Positions 16,212 to 27,200 of a stretch of 31,061 bases of DNA are shown piece by piece. This stretch comes from Candidatus Zixiibacteriota bacterium (GTDB lineage: Bacteria; Zixibacteria; MSB-5A5; GN15; FEB-12), in the NCBI GenBank assembly GCA_041742355.1, contig JBGSIV010000164.1:1-31061 (forward strand), in the 5' to 3' direction. The notes beneath the pieces are model-generated. The model saw nothing but the letters and a program-made list of their open reading frames with translations. It did not search any database and had not been told where the DNA came from. The position numbers and the translations under genes are program-made. The first letter of the stretch is position 1; every line of letters begins with the position of its first letter.

Positions 16212-16239
16212 AGAACCTCACCGGTTCTATTGAAATGAC

Positions 16240-16275
16240 AGGCCGCTCCGGGACAGACTCGGGGCGGCCTTTTTT
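16240..16275 (+). terminator. Intrinsic terminator after recA
   Basis: AGGCCGCTCCG...CGGGGCGGCCT stem followed by a T-run. Confidence 0.85.
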
Positions 16276-16533
16276 GCGCGGGGTTCTCGATCGGGCTCTA
16301 CGGCCGGGGAGTCTGGAGGTGCGGCAACGGGCGCGGGTGAGGCAAGGGCTTTGGGGCGCAAGGTCTTCAAGTCCAAAAAGCGCTTGCTTTTGCAGGGGCA
16401 AGGGGTATTTTGTCGACGTCGGCGCCCGGTGACCGTCAGGGGTTGTCGTATGCTCTCCCCGGTGGAAATTTGCGGGCTGTCTATTCCTGAATGCGAATGA
16501 ACAAGTTGAACCTGTATAGTTAAGGACTCAATT

Positions 16534-16869
16534 ATGAAGTTTACCGACACGCTCAACGGAGATCTGGTCGTGATTGACATTTCCGGCAAGATCATGGGCG
16601 GCGAAGAAACGACCATGTTCCACGGGAAAATCCACGAGTACATCAAGCTCAACAAGAAGAACTTCGTGATCGACCTGAAGAAGGTTGACTGGATGAACTC
16701 GGTCGGGCTGGGTATGCTGATATCTGCTTTGACCACCGTGCGGAACGCCGGGGGGCGCCTGGTGCTCGCCAATATCGACAAGATTGAGTCGATCCTCACA
16801 ATCACGCGGCTGATCTCGGTGTTCGACCACTACGACAGCCGCGAACTGGCCGTCGCTTCGTTCTCCTGA
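16534..16869 (+). CDS. STAS-domain anti-sigma-factor antagonist (SpoIIAA/RsbV-like)
   Basis: 111 aa; VIDLKKVDWMNSVGLGML retains the phosphorylatable Ser; AAGGA RBS. Confidence 0.92.
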   Translation: MKFTDTLNGDLVVIDISGKIMGGEETTMFHGKIHEYIKLNKKNFVIDLKKVDWMNSVGLGMLISALTTVRNAGGRLVLANIDKIESILTITRLISVFDHYDSRELAVASFS

Positions 16870-16896
16870 ACCGGTCGCTCATTTCGATTTTTTGTG

Positions 16897-16920
16897 AAGA
16901 GCCTCGCTAGCGAGGCTCTT
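16897..16920 (+). terminator. Perfect 24-bp palindrome, probable terminator after the STAS gene
   Basis: AAGAGCCTCGCT|AGCGAGGCTCTT followed by TGCTT. Confidence 0.65.
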
Positions 16921-17060
16921 TGCTTATCCGGACCACCTGATCCTTTTTCACCTGCTGGAATTCCCCGCGGAGCCGGCGGGCGAAACATTCGCTTTGCTCC
17001 GGCCGTAGTGCGCTGTAGTGGATGGTGTCGACTTCCCTCTATTTCGTGCGAGGTAGCCTC

Positions 17061-19331
17061 ATGAGACCAGCGGTACCGGCGGCCCTGTACTTCTTCCTCT
17101 TTTCGTTTTCGGTCAGCGCACAGGAACTTTCGTTGCGCCCGACTCTGGGTGTTCCCCGGGCGAGCGCGCCGATCATTGTCGACGGGCAGCTCAATGATCC
17201 CGGGTGGACCGGTGCGGCAGCGACGGACAATTTCACGCAGTTTCAGCCTGTTGACCGGGTCAAGCCGAAGGTTCGGACAGTCGCACGCGTGACCTACGAC
17301 CAGCACTATCTCTATCTCGGGTTCATGTGCTACGATGACCCGGCCACCATCAGATCGACGCTGACCGACCGGGATCACATGTTCGACGATGACTTTGTCG
17401 GGATCGTTCTCGATACGCGCGGCGACGCGGCGTGGGCGTACGAATTCTATGTCAATCCGCTCGGTGTGCAGGGAGATTTGCGCTGGATGACGACCGGAGA
17501 TGAGGATTCACGGTTTGATGTTGTCTACACCGCCGAAGCGATCAAAACCGATTCCGGCTGGCAGGCGGAGATGGCCATCCCCTTCTCCTCACTGCAGTTT
17601 CCAGATCAAGACGAACAGACGTGGCGGGCCAATTTCTGGCGCAGCCATCCGCGTGACAATGTTTACAAGTATACCTGGGCACTTTGGGAGCAGGGGATGG
17701 CCTGCCACCTGTGTGAAATGGGGTACTGGACGGGGATCGCGGGGGTGAGGCCAGGGAGCCGGTTTGATATCCTTCCGGCATTGGTGGGATTTCAGTCCGG
17801 AACGCGGCGCGACACGGAGGACCTGGGGTCCCCGTTCGAAAACGCCGATCCGGATGCCCAAGCCGAGCTCAACGCCCGGTATGGCCTCGGCTCCGGCGTG
17901 ACGATTGAAGCGACCGTGAACCCGGACTTCAGCCAGGTCGAGTCGGATGCGGCCCAGATCGAGGCCAATAACACGTTTGCGCTGAATTTTCCGGAGCGGC
18001 GGCCATTTTTTCAGGAGGGTGGGGATCTGTATGACACGGAGATCGACGCGATCTACACGCGGGCGATCAATGATCCGGAGGCGGCGCTCAAGCTGACCGG
18101 ACGGCAGGGATCGACGAGCTACTTCTTCCTCTCCGCATCGGATGACAACAGCCCACTCACAATTCCGTTAGCGGAGCGTTCGGAGTTTGTGCCGCTCGGC
18201 AAGACGTATTCAAATCTCGGGCGGGTGCGTCACATGCTGGGCGGTGACGCACATATCGGCGCGCTGTTCACCGACCGTCGGGTCGATGCCGGAGAGGGAG
18301 CGAACACGGTGTACGGCATCGATGGCGCGGTCCGGGTGCTGAAGGACTTCCGGGTGGCGTTTCAGGCGCTGGGCAGCCGGACGACGGAGGTTGAAGCTCC
18401 ACTGCTGTCTGCGGAGTACCTTGCGATCGATAGCGCTCTGCAGGGTATCGATTCGACTTTTGACGGCGGCCGGCATTCGGTGGCGCTCGACGGGGAGTCA
18501 TTTGAGGGGTGGGCCGCGAAAGTGGCGGTTAGCCGGGAGAGCCGGCTATGGCGATTTGACGCAGAGTACGGCGGCAGCAGCCCAAATTTCCGCGCCGACA
18601 ACGGGTTCATCTTCCGCACGGGGATTCACGAAGCTCAATTGAACACCGGCCTGGTGTTCCGGCCGAACGGCAGGGTATTCACGCGCGTGCAGCCATCCAT
18701 GACGGTGGGTAGAATATGGGAATGGGACGGCGCCCGAAAGGACGAATGGGTGGTGGGTGCAATGGATCTGACGCTGCGCGGGCCGTGGTATCTGGGCTGC
18801 AACATGCTCCTGTCGCGGGAGATGTTCCGGACAGTGTGGTTCGAAGATATCCGGCGGGTGGACGCCTGGTTCGAGTCGGCTTCGCTGGACCGGGCCCGGT
18901 TCGGGGCCTCGATCAACTATGGCAATGCGATTGCCCGCAATGTCGATCCGCTGCCGGTGATGGGGCGGCAGTTGACGGGGAATATCTGGGTGTCATTCAA
19001 GCCGCTGCAGCAGTTCACGATCGAACCAAACTGGGAGTACGCCCGGATGCGCGACCGGGATACCGGCGAGCGAATTTTCGAGGGGTACGTGCTGCGGACA
19101 CGGCTCAACTACCAGTTCACGCGACGCCTGTTCACGCGGCTGATCGTCCAGTACGATGACTTCGATGACCAGTTCAATGTCGAGCCGCTGTTGACCTACA
19201 AGGTCAATCCATTCACAATCTTCTACATCGGGTCGACCTCGCGATATGCCTGGCGGGATGCCGACGACCTCGGCGGTCGGCTCGTGGATCGGCAGTTCTT
19301 CGTGAAGTTGCAGTACCTGTTCCGGGTCTAG
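17061..19331 (+). CDS. Outer-membrane protein with an N-terminal CBM9-like domain and a DUF5916-type barrel
   Basis: Signal peptide; IIVDGQLNDPGW, WQAEMAIPFSSL, TVNPDFSQVESD, FPERRPFF; beta-signal-like C-terminus FFVKLQYLFRV. GAGGT RBS before ATG 17061. Confidence 0.85.
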   Translation: MRPAVPAALYFFLFSFSVSAQELSLRPTLGVPRASAPIIVDGQLNDPGWTGAAATDNFTQFQPVDRVKPKVRTVARVTYDQHYLYLGFMCYDDPATIRSTLTDRDHMFDDDFVGIVLDTRGDAAWAYEFYVNPLGVQGDLRWMTTGDEDSRFDVVYTAEAIKTDSGWQAEMAIPFSSLQFPDQDEQTWRANFWRSHPRDNVYKYTWALWEQGMACHLCEMGYWTGIAGVRPGSRFDILPALVGFQSGTRRDTEDLGSPFENADPDAQAELNARYGLGSGVTIEATVNPDFSQVESDAAQIEANNTFALNFPERRPFFQEGGDLYDTEIDAIYTRAINDPEAALKLTGRQGSTSYFFLSASDDNSPLTIPLAERSEFVPLGKTYSNLGRVRHMLGGDAHIGALFTDRRVDAGEGANTVYGIDGAVRVLKDFRVAFQALGSRTTEVEAPLLSAEYLAIDSALQGIDSTFDGGRHSVALDGESFEGWAAKVAVSRESRLWRFDAEYGGSSPNFRADNGFIFRTGIHEAQLNTGLVFRPNGRVFTRVQPSMTVGRIWEWDGARKDEWVVGAMDLTLRGPWYLGCNMLLSREMFRTVWFEDIRRVDAWFESASLDRARFGASINYGNAIARNVDPLPVMGRQLTGNIWVSFKPLQQFTIEPNWEYARMRDRDTGERIFEGYVLRTRLNYQFTRRLFTRLIVQYDDFDDQFNVEPLLTYKVNPFTIFYIGSTSRYAWRDADDLGGRLVDRQFFVKLQYLFRV

Positions 19332-19409
19332 AGGTGGATGGCGGGCCGTGCTGCCCAACGTGACTTCGAGCTTGACGCCGCTCCCTCCCGGCCGCTACTT
19401 TCAAAGCGT

Positions 19410-20255
19410 ATGCCCCAGCGAATCTTTCAGGTCGATTCCTTCACCGACACCCCGTTCTGCGGCAACCCGGCCTGCGTCTGCATTCTGACGGCGCCGCGCG
19501 ATGCCGCCTCGATGCAGGCGGTCGCGGCCGAGATGAACGTATCGGAAACGGCTTTTCTGTATCCGCGGGACAGCGGCTACAGCCTGCGCTGGTTCACGCC
19601 GCTGGTCGAGGTGGACCTGTGCGGCCATGCGACGCTGGCGGCAGCCCATGTCCTCTGGACCGAGGGGTATGTCGAGCGCGGCCGGGTAATCCGTTTCCAC
19701 ACCCGCAGCGGCCTTCTGTTGGTCAGCCGGAGCGGGGAGTTAATCACCATGGATTTCCCGGCGCTGCCGGTTCAAGCGTGTGAACCGCCTGAAGGCCTGC
19801 TCGAGGCGCTCGGAGTCGAGGCTGTCTTTGTCGGCCGAAATGCGTATGATTTTCTCGTCGAAGTCCCCGATGAAGGAACGCTGCGGTCGTGCCGGCCCGA
19901 TTATAACCGTCTGGCGGCTGTGACAATCGAGGGAGCGATCATCACCACTCCCGACGGCGACGACTATGATTTCCTCTCCCGCTACTTTGCCCCCAAGGTA
20001 GGAATTGACGAGGATCCGGCAACCGGGGCGGCACACTGTGCCTTGGGACCATACTGGGCGGCAAAGCTGGGCAGGGAGACGGTCCTCGGATACCAGGCCT
20101 CACGCCGGGGCGGGATAATCCGGGTGACCATGGCCGGCGACCGGGTCCATCTGGCCGGGCAGGCGGTCACGATTCTCAGGGGAGATCTGATCCACGCCCG
20201 GGGGCCGCTCCACCAGTCGCCATCGGCAGATGAACCGGGTCCGGCGGACGCGTAG
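19410..20255 (+). CDS. PhzF-family isomerase/epimerase
   Basis: FQVDSFTDTPFCGNPA, SETAF, EVDLCGHATLA, EDPATGAAH. Family-typical start MPQRIFQVD at 19410. Confidence 0.92.
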   Translation: MPQRIFQVDSFTDTPFCGNPACVCILTAPRDAASMQAVAAEMNVSETAFLYPRDSGYSLRWFTPLVEVDLCGHATLAAAHVLWTEGYVERGRVIRFHTRSGLLLVSRSGELITMDFPALPVQACEPPEGLLEALGVEAVFVGRNAYDFLVEVPDEGTLRSCRPDYNRLAAVTIEGAIITTPDGDDYDFLSRYFAPKVGIDEDPATGAAHCALGPYWAAKLGRETVLGYQASRRGGIIRVTMAGDRVHLAGQAVTILRGDLIHARGPLHQSPSADEPGPADA

Positions 20256-20477
20256 ATAGATCCCGGTGCGGCCACCCGGCGCTCCGCAGGTACCGCGCAG
20301 TCATCTCGCCAGCATCTTTCAGCGTCCGATCGCACCATGGATCCCGGCCGCACCCGGTATTAGCGCCGCCATGCGACGAAAATTCATGTGAATCCGGAGA
20401 TCCAAATCCGGTTGCATTCGGTCGATAATATTCTTATAGATTGAACAGGTACAATAAATCGTAAGGAGATTGGCGCC

Positions 20478-21530
20478 ATGATAAACAAGATTGAGCAATA
20501 CCTGGGTAGTCACAAGGATCTGTTGAAACACGAGTGCAAGACGATCCCGAAATCGAAGCTGCACCTGCCCGGCCCGGATTTCATCGACCGCGTGCTGTCC
20601 CAGACCGACCGAACGCCCGTGACGCTGCGCAATCTCGCGAGCGTATTTGGCCACGGCCGGCTGGCCGGAACGGGGTATGTCTCGATTCTGCCGGTGGATC
20701 AGGGTATCGAGCACTCCGGGGCGGCGTCGTTCGCCCCCAATCCGGACTTCTTCGATCCGTCGACGATTGTCGAACTGGCCATCGAGGGGGGCTGTAACGC
20801 GGTGGCGTCGACACTCGGCGTGCTTGGCTCGGTTTCGCGGCGGTACGCCCACCGTATCCCGTTTATCGTCAAGCTCAACCACAGCGAGATGCTCACGTAC
20901 CCGAACCGGTTCGACCAGGTGATGTACGCCGATGTCGAGCAGGCGTTCGACATGGGCGCGGTCGGCGTGGGGGCGACGATCTACTTCGGCGCCGAAGAGG
21001 GAACGCGACAGTTGCAGGAGGTGACGGAAGCGTTCAAGTTCGCGCACGAACTGGGGATGTTCACGGTGCTGTGGTGCTACTTGCGCAACAACGCGTTCAA
21101 GAAGGACGGGGTCGATTACCACACCGCGGCGGATCTCACCGGCCAGGCGAACCACCTCGGCGTGACGATCGAGGCCGACATCATAAAGCAGAAGGCCCCG
21201 ACCACCAACGGCGGCTACAGGGCGGTCAATTTCGGCAAGACGCACGACCGGGTGTACAGCGAATTGACCACCGACAACGACATCGACCTGACCCGCTACC
21301 AGGTCATCAATTGCTACATGGGGCGAATCGGCCTGATCAACTCCGGCGGCGAATCGAAAGGCAAAGGGGATCTTGAGGCGGCCGTGCGCACCGCAGTAGT
21401 CAACAAGCGGGCCGGCGGCATGGGCCTGATCTCCGGTCGCAAGGCGTTTCAGAAGCCGATGAAGGAAGGAATCGAGTTGCTCAATGCGATCCAGGACGTC
21501 TACCTGACGAAGGAAGTGACGATCGCATAG
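20478..21530 (+). CDS. fbaB: Class I fructose-bisphosphate aldolase (DhnA/FbaB type)
   Basis: [25 protein letters not shown] (Schiff-base Lys), [19 protein letters not shown]. Confidence 0.96.
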   Translation: MINKIEQYLGSHKDLLKHECKTIPKSKLHLPGPDFIDRVLSQTDRTPVTLRNLASVFGHGRLAGTGYVSILPVDQGIEHSGAASFAPNPDFFDPSTIVELAIEGGCNAVASTLGVLGSVSRRYAHRIPFIVKLNHSEMLTYPNRFDQVMYADVEQAFDMGAVGVGATIYFGAEEGTRQLQEVTEAFKFAHELGMFTVLWCYLRNNAFKKDGVDYHTAADLTGQANHLGVTIEADIIKQKAPTTNGGYRAVNFGKTHDRVYSELTTDNDIDLTRYQVINCYMGRIGLINSGGESKGKGDLEAAVRTAVVNKRAGGMGLISGRKAFQKPMKEGIELLNAIQDVYLTKEVTIA

Positions 21531-21555
21531 TCAACCCACCGACAACGACTGGTTC

Positions 21556-21584
21556 AAGAGGCGGATTGCTCCGCCTCTTTTTTT
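21556..21584 (+). terminator. Intrinsic terminator after fbaB
   Basis: AAGAGGCGGA-TTGC-TCCGCCTCTT followed by a T-run. Confidence 0.9.
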
Positions 21585-21658
21585 GTAGTAACCCGAAGGG
21601 AAACGTATCCGTATAATTCTGCATTATGCGACGTAGGTTACATCTGGAGGTAATAGAC

Positions 21659-22999
21659 ATGCGGTCAGCGAGTCTGATGATCATCACGGTCGTGCTCTTT
21701 GCGGTGGCGTTCTGGCTGGCGCCGTCGACGGCGGCGCAGACGGCGACGGAAGATGCGGGAAGCGCGCTCACCTCTCCCCTGCCGGACTCGGCGGCGGCCG
21801 GAGTCGGGGCGCCGACGGAAGCGGGGCCGAACGATATGCCGGCGTATCCGATGGATCCAGAGCGCAAGGCACAGTCGATTGCGTACTCGCGTTTTGTCAA
21901 CATCTGGCGGTTCGTATCGTTTTTCGTGACGGTCGGCCTGCTTTCGCTCGTTCTGTTTACCGGGCTGTCAGCGAAACTTCGCACATGGGCGCAGAGGCTG
22001 TTCCAACGGCCGTTTCTGGCGCTCTGGGCGTTCTTCATATTGTATCTGCTGGTGGATTTCCTACTCAATCTCCCGTTCGACATCTACCGCGGATTCATTG
22101 TCGAATCGAACTACGGGTTTATGAACCAAACGTTTGGCGGCTGGTTTGGGGAGAAACTGCTCGGGCTGCTCATAATGGCGGTGCTCGGGGTTGTGCCGGT
22201 GTGGATTCTTTACTGGGCGATCAACAAGTTCCGGCGGTGGTGGGTGATGTTCACGCTGGCGGCGATTCCACTGGTGGTGCTGATGATTGTCATTGTACCG
22301 GTAGTGATCAACCCGCTGTTCAACGATTTTGTGCCGATCCAGGACCAGGCACTCGGAACGAAGCTGACGAGCCTTGCGGAGAGTGTCGGTATTCATGACG
22401 CCGACGTCTTCCAGGTGGATGCATCGAAGCAGTCGTCGAAGATCAATGCGTACGTGACGGGGTTGTTCGGCACCAAGCGGATCGTGCTCTACGACACGAT
22501 GATTAAGGGCTTTTCGCACGAGGAGATCCTGTTCGTGATGGGGCACGAGATGGGGCACTATGTGAAGAATCACATCTTCTGGGGGCTGTCGGTGGCGATC
22601 CTGTTCATTGCGTTTCTGCTCTGGGGGGTGAACCGGACAATTCATCCGATCATCAATCGTTACCAGGGGCGGCTCGGATTCAGCCGGCTCGGGGATATGG
22701 CGTCACTGCCATTGATCATGCTGCTCGCGGCGGTGCTCGAATTCGCGTTTCAGCCGATCACCAACGGCTACAGCCGCATTCAGGAGAACGTGTGCGACCG
22801 GTACTCTCTCGATGTGACCGGTATTGACGGCGAGACGGCGGCGCGGGCGTTTGATAAACTGGCGGTTTACAACATGTCGGATCCGTCGCCAAGCGCGCTG
22901 GTGGAATTCTGGTTCTATGATCATCCGGCGTTAGACAAGCGGATGGCGTTCGTGCGGGAGTATGCGGCGCAACGAGCGCCACAGGCGGTTGTTGAGTGA
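21659..22999 (+). CDS. M48 (Ste24/HtpX-like) membrane zinc metallopeptidase
   Basis: INAYVTG, RIVLYDT, HEMGH zinc motif, SRIQENVCD, YDHPALDKR and multiple TMs. GGAGG RBS before ATG 21659. Confidence 0.93.
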   Translation: MRSASLMIITVVLFAVAFWLAPSTAAQTATEDAGSALTSPLPDSAAAGVGAPTEAGPNDMPAYPMDPERKAQSIAYSRFVNIWRFVSFFVTVGLLSLVLFTGLSAKLRTWAQRLFQRPFLALWAFFILYLLVDFLLNLPFDIYRGFIVESNYGFMNQTFGGWFGEKLLGLLIMAVLGVVPVWILYWAINKFRRWWVMFTLAAIPLVVLMIVIVPVVINPLFNDFVPIQDQALGTKLTSLAESVGIHDADVFQVDASKQSSKINAYVTGLFGTKRIVLYDTMIKGFSHEEILFVMGHEMGHYVKNHIFWGLSVAILFIAFLLWGVNRTIHPIINRYQGRLGFSRLGDMASLPLIMLLAAVLEFAFQPITNGYSRIQENVCDRYSLDVTGIDGETAARAFDKLAVYNMSDPSPSALVEFWFYDHPALDKRMAFVREYAAQRAPQAVVE

Positions 23000-23372
23000 T
23001 TGCTGTTTACCGTCGCCGCAGATAAGCATCGGACGAAGACATTCATGCCGGGCCGTCGGGCATCGATCGGCCGAAGTTCTCTTACGGTCATCCCGTAGCG
23101 GCTTGTACGCGGCAATTACGCAGTCGACATCGCCACCGCCGCCGTAATTCCTATGTTAAAGGAGATTATGGAACAAGCGGGGCGCCGGACGCAGGGGTAC
23201 TGCCGGTGCTCGTACAAAGAGCAGACGTTGGATCTGCACCGGGCTGGGTATCTTGCAGCACTCGCCATTTCATCTTCCCTCGGGACATATGCCACAGAGA
23301 ATCGCACCGTCAGCCCGCTGCGGCCCGGCGAACAATCGCTCGTGCACTTTGCAGGAAAGGAAGGGATTGACC

Positions 23373-23813
23373 ATGGCACAGATGCCGGCGACGCGGGGGC
23401 GCCAGAACTGGATATTCCCCCATACCATGATGCAGCAGTGGCTGGATGACTTCTTCACGGGCATGCCGGGCATGCGGGGGGACACCGACTGGATGCCCCG
23501 GACGGACATTTACGAAGAAGGCAACACCTACGTAATGGAACTCGACTTGCCGGGCATGAAGCGGGACAACATCAACATCACCTGCACGGGCGACACGATC
23601 AAGATCACGGGCACCCGCGAGCACGAGCGCACGTACGACGAGAATCAGATTCACCGCATGGAACGGGTGCACGGAGCGTTTAGCCGTCAGTTCACGCTGC
23701 CGTCGGATGTCGACGCCGACAAGATCAACGCGGAGATGAAGGACGGTGTGCTGCGGGTGATCATGCCCAAATCGCAGGAGAAGGCCAGCGAGAAGACGAT
23801 CCAGATCCAGTAA
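23373..23813 (+). CDS. Hsp20/alpha-crystallin small heat-shock protein
   Basis: WMPRTDIYE, ELDLPG, ERVHGAFSRQFTLP, AEMKDGVLRV and the C-terminal IXI motif (IQIQ). Purine-rich RBS before ATG 23373. Confidence 0.95.
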   Translation: MAQMPATRGRQNWIFPHTMMQQWLDDFFTGMPGMRGDTDWMPRTDIYEEGNTYVMELDLPGMKRDNINITCTGDTIKITGTREHERTYDENQIHRMERVHGAFSRQFTLPSDVDADKINAEMKDGVLRVIMPKSQEKASEKTIQIQ

Positions 23814-23876
23814 GAGGTAGACGGACTTCTGTTTCCGTAGCAATTCTCGTCGACCGGCCGGTCGACGAAGCGGGTA

Positions 23877-23926
23877 GCCGGCGCTCGGATATATGTTTGC
23901 GAATTTCCCGAGCGTCGGCCTTTTTT
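23877..23926 (+). terminator. Probable intrinsic terminator after hsp20
   Basis: GCCGGCGCTCGG...CCGAGCGTCGGC stem (one G-U pair) with a 19-nt loop, followed by C and T6. Confidence 0.65.
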
Positions 23927-24082
23927 ATGGATAGGCCGACCGGCCTGGCTCCCCCAACCCGGTTTGTAAACCACCAGTTTCCGCGATCCCGGGTCGCTGT
24001 TCATCCGACGGTGAACCATTCCCCGGCCGGGCGGGTTGAGTAAGTGCAGACACGTACTTCAGCGCATATTCACCGCGCGATC

Positions 24083-24098
24083 GGGCACGCGGCTTGCT
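24083..24098 (+). promoter_or_regulatory. Putative sigma54 promoter of the Omp85-CBS-polX operon
   Basis: GGGCACGCGGCTTGCT versus consensus TGGCACG-N4-TTGCW; exact GG-N10-GC spacing, about 130 nt upstream of the ATG. Confidence 0.75.
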
Positions 24099-24229
24099 GA
24101 ATTTCCCCACCGCGCCTCACTTTCCGATACCCGCTTCCCACGCCGCACCTTCGCTTCTCCCCCGACCAGGCCGTTGCTCTTTCCGGACGAATCCTCGACC
24201 CTCCGAGGGTCCTGGGACAAGGAGCGATC

Positions 24230-27200
24230 ATGGCGATAGGTAATGCACGAACGAGTGTACGGTTATCCGCATGGGCGGCGGGCCTGCTGCTGGCGATGCT
24301 GCTGCTGCCGCACGGAACACACGGGCAGTACTTCGGACGGAACAAGGTCCAGTACGAGACTTTCGACTTCAAGACGCTGGAAACGCCCCACTATCGCATC
24401 CTGTACTATCCTGAATCCCAGCCGGTCATTGTCGATGCCGGCCGAATGGCCGAGCGCTGGTATGAGCGCTTCTCGACCCTCTTCCAGCACGAGCTGGAGG
24501 AGAACCAGCCGGTTATTCTCTATGCCAACCACGCCGATTTCCAGCAGACCAATGTCATCTCCGGCCTGATCGGCGAGGGCACCGGGGGGGTGACCGAAGG
24601 GATGCAAAACCGCGTGGTGATGCCGCTGACCGGCATTTACGATGAAAACAACCATGTGCTCGGGCACGAACTCGTGCACGCCTTTCAGTACAGCATCATG
24701 AAGGAGTCCTCCGGCGGCCTCGCGGCGGCCCGGGGCATGCCGCTGTGGTTTGTCGAAGGCATGGCGGAATACCTCTCGCTCGGCCGCGAGAATTCGCTGA
24801 CCGCGATGTGGATGCGCGACGCAGTGCTCCACGAGGATGTCCCGTCCATCAGCGACATGAGCGGCAACCTCTCGTATTTCCCCTACCGGTTCGGTCATGC
24901 GTTCTGGGCCTGGGTGGCGGGGTTGTACAGCGACGATATCGTACCCCGCCTGATGTACGCAACGGTCGCGGCCGGGTACGAGCTCGCCCTGCAGGAGATA
25001 CTGAGCACGCCGGTCGACACGCTGTCGGCCCGGTGGAAGCAGGCGATGCACGAGACCTACTACCCGATGATCGCGGACCGGACCAAGCCGCTGGAGGTGG
25101 GTGAGGCCGCGCTGGACGAAGGGGAAGCGCTGATGACCCTTTCGCCGTCGATCAGCCCCGACGGCCGCCATGCGGCGTTCATCGCCCGCCGCGATGTCTT
25201 CACCCTGAACCTCTACCTCGCCGACCTGTCGACGGGGGAGATTGTGGAGCAGTTGGCCAGTTCCAACAGCGACGCGCACTTCGATGCGCTGCAGTTCACC
25301 AACGGCTCGGGAACCTGGTCGCCCGATGGCTCGAAACTGGCGTTCACCGTCTTCAAAGGCGGCGACAATGCGCTCGCCATGCTCGATATCGAGTCCGTCA
25401 CCGTGGAGCGGACAATCAAGCTGGAGGGTGTCGATGCGCTGCTGCAGGCCGCCTGGTCGCCCGATGGCTCCCGGATCCTTATCAGCGGCAATACGGGGGG
25501 GCTCAGCGACCTCTACCTGTACGACCTGACCTCCGATGAGATCGAGCAACTGACCAACGACACGTACGCGCAGATCCAACCCTCCTGGTCGCCCGACGGC
25601 CGGACGATCGCCTTTGCCACCGATGCCGGCGGGGAGTACATGCCAGGTGACCTGACCTACGGCCGCCTGCAGATCGCGCTGATGGACCTCCAGAGCCGGG
25701 AACTGCGGTTCATTGCGATATCGGACGACGCGAAACACATCGACCCGCAGTTCGGCGTGAACAACGACCTGTACTTCGTGGCCGATCCGGACGGATTCAG
25801 CGACATCTACCGGTACTCGTTCGACGATGGGCAGTTCTTCCGCGTGACTCGGATCGCGACCGGCGTGACCGGGCTGACCGAGGACTCACCCGCGCTCAGT
25901 GTGGCGCGAGAGAGCGGAACGCTCCTGTTCACGGTGTTCGATGATCGGGAGTACAAACTGCGGCGGCTGGCGACTGCGGAGGCGTCGGGGGAGGCGTTTT
26001 CGCTCGAGCCGACAGCGTATGAAACGGGCGTATCGCTGCCACCGCAGTTTGTCGAAACTACCGTCAGCGAGTACCTGGCCGGCTCGAATGGCAACGGTCA
26101 CGCGAACGGGAACGGGAATGGAAACGGGCATACAGACGGGGCCACGGATGAGCTGTACCGATTCCAGTTCCGCGACTACAATCCGAAACTCTCTCTGGCC
26201 TATGTCGGGCAGACCGGCGTGGGCGTCGGTTTCGACCGGTTCGGCGCCCAGGTGGGAGGCGGTGCGAGTTTTCTCTTCTCGGATCTCCTTGGCAACCGGG
26301 TGCTTGGAATCACCGCGCAGGCGAGTGGACGGCTCAAGGACATCGGCGGTGAGATATTCTACCTCAACCAGGGGCACCGGCTCAACTGGGGGGTAGCCGG
26401 CGGGCACATTCCGTTCCGCAGCGCGTTCCTCCGGGTTTCCGAGGCGACCGTCGGCAACCAGCCGGTAGTCCGCCAGGAACTGGTGCGCGAGTGGACGTTC
26501 TTCGACCGGGTGGATCTCATGGCGGTTTACCCGTTGTCGACGAACCGTCGGTTCGAATTCACCGGCGGTTTCTCGCATGTCTGGTACGACCGCGATGCCG
26601 AGGGCATCCTGGTGGATCGGGGGTTCATCATCGATGAGTACCAGATTGACCTGCCGGCGCCAAGTCCCCTCAATCTCGGGCACGTGTCGGGGGCATATGT
26701 CGGTGATTACTCGCTCTTCGGGTTCACCTCTCCGGTACGCGGCACGCGTTACCGCCTGGAACTGGAGGCAACTGCCGGCACAATCACGTTTCTGACCGCG
26801 CTGGCGGATCTCCGCCGGTACGTCTACCTCTCGCCGTTCACACTGGCGTTCCGCGGCATGCACATCGGGCGATACCTCGACGATGCGGAGAATGAGCGAT
26901 TGTCGGAGCTGTTCGTGGGGTACCCGACGCTGGTGCGCGGGTACGACGCTTATTCGCTCGAACCGGAGGAGTGCACCACCGGCGACTGCCCGGTTTACAA
27001 CCGCCTCCTTGGCTCGCGGCTCGCCGTGGTCAATGCCGAACTGCGTTTCCCGCTCTTCGGCACCGACGAGTACGGACTGGTCAACTTCAGCTATCTGCCG
27101 ACCGAACTGGCAGCGTTCTTCGACGGTGGCGTAGCTTGGCGCTCGGGGGATCTGCCGAAACTCCGGTTTGAGCAGGACTCGGACGAGCGCATCCCGGTGT

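Noticed and set aside
23256..23285. CAGCACTC resembling a CIRCE half-site upstream of hsp20
   Set aside because: The right arm GAGTGCTAA is absent at the 9-nt spacing.
23168..23449. ORF with AAGGAG just before ATG 23168, upstream of hsp20
   Set aside because: SD-to-start spacing is only 3 nt, it overlaps hsp20 out of frame by 77 nt, and the product has no recognisable features.
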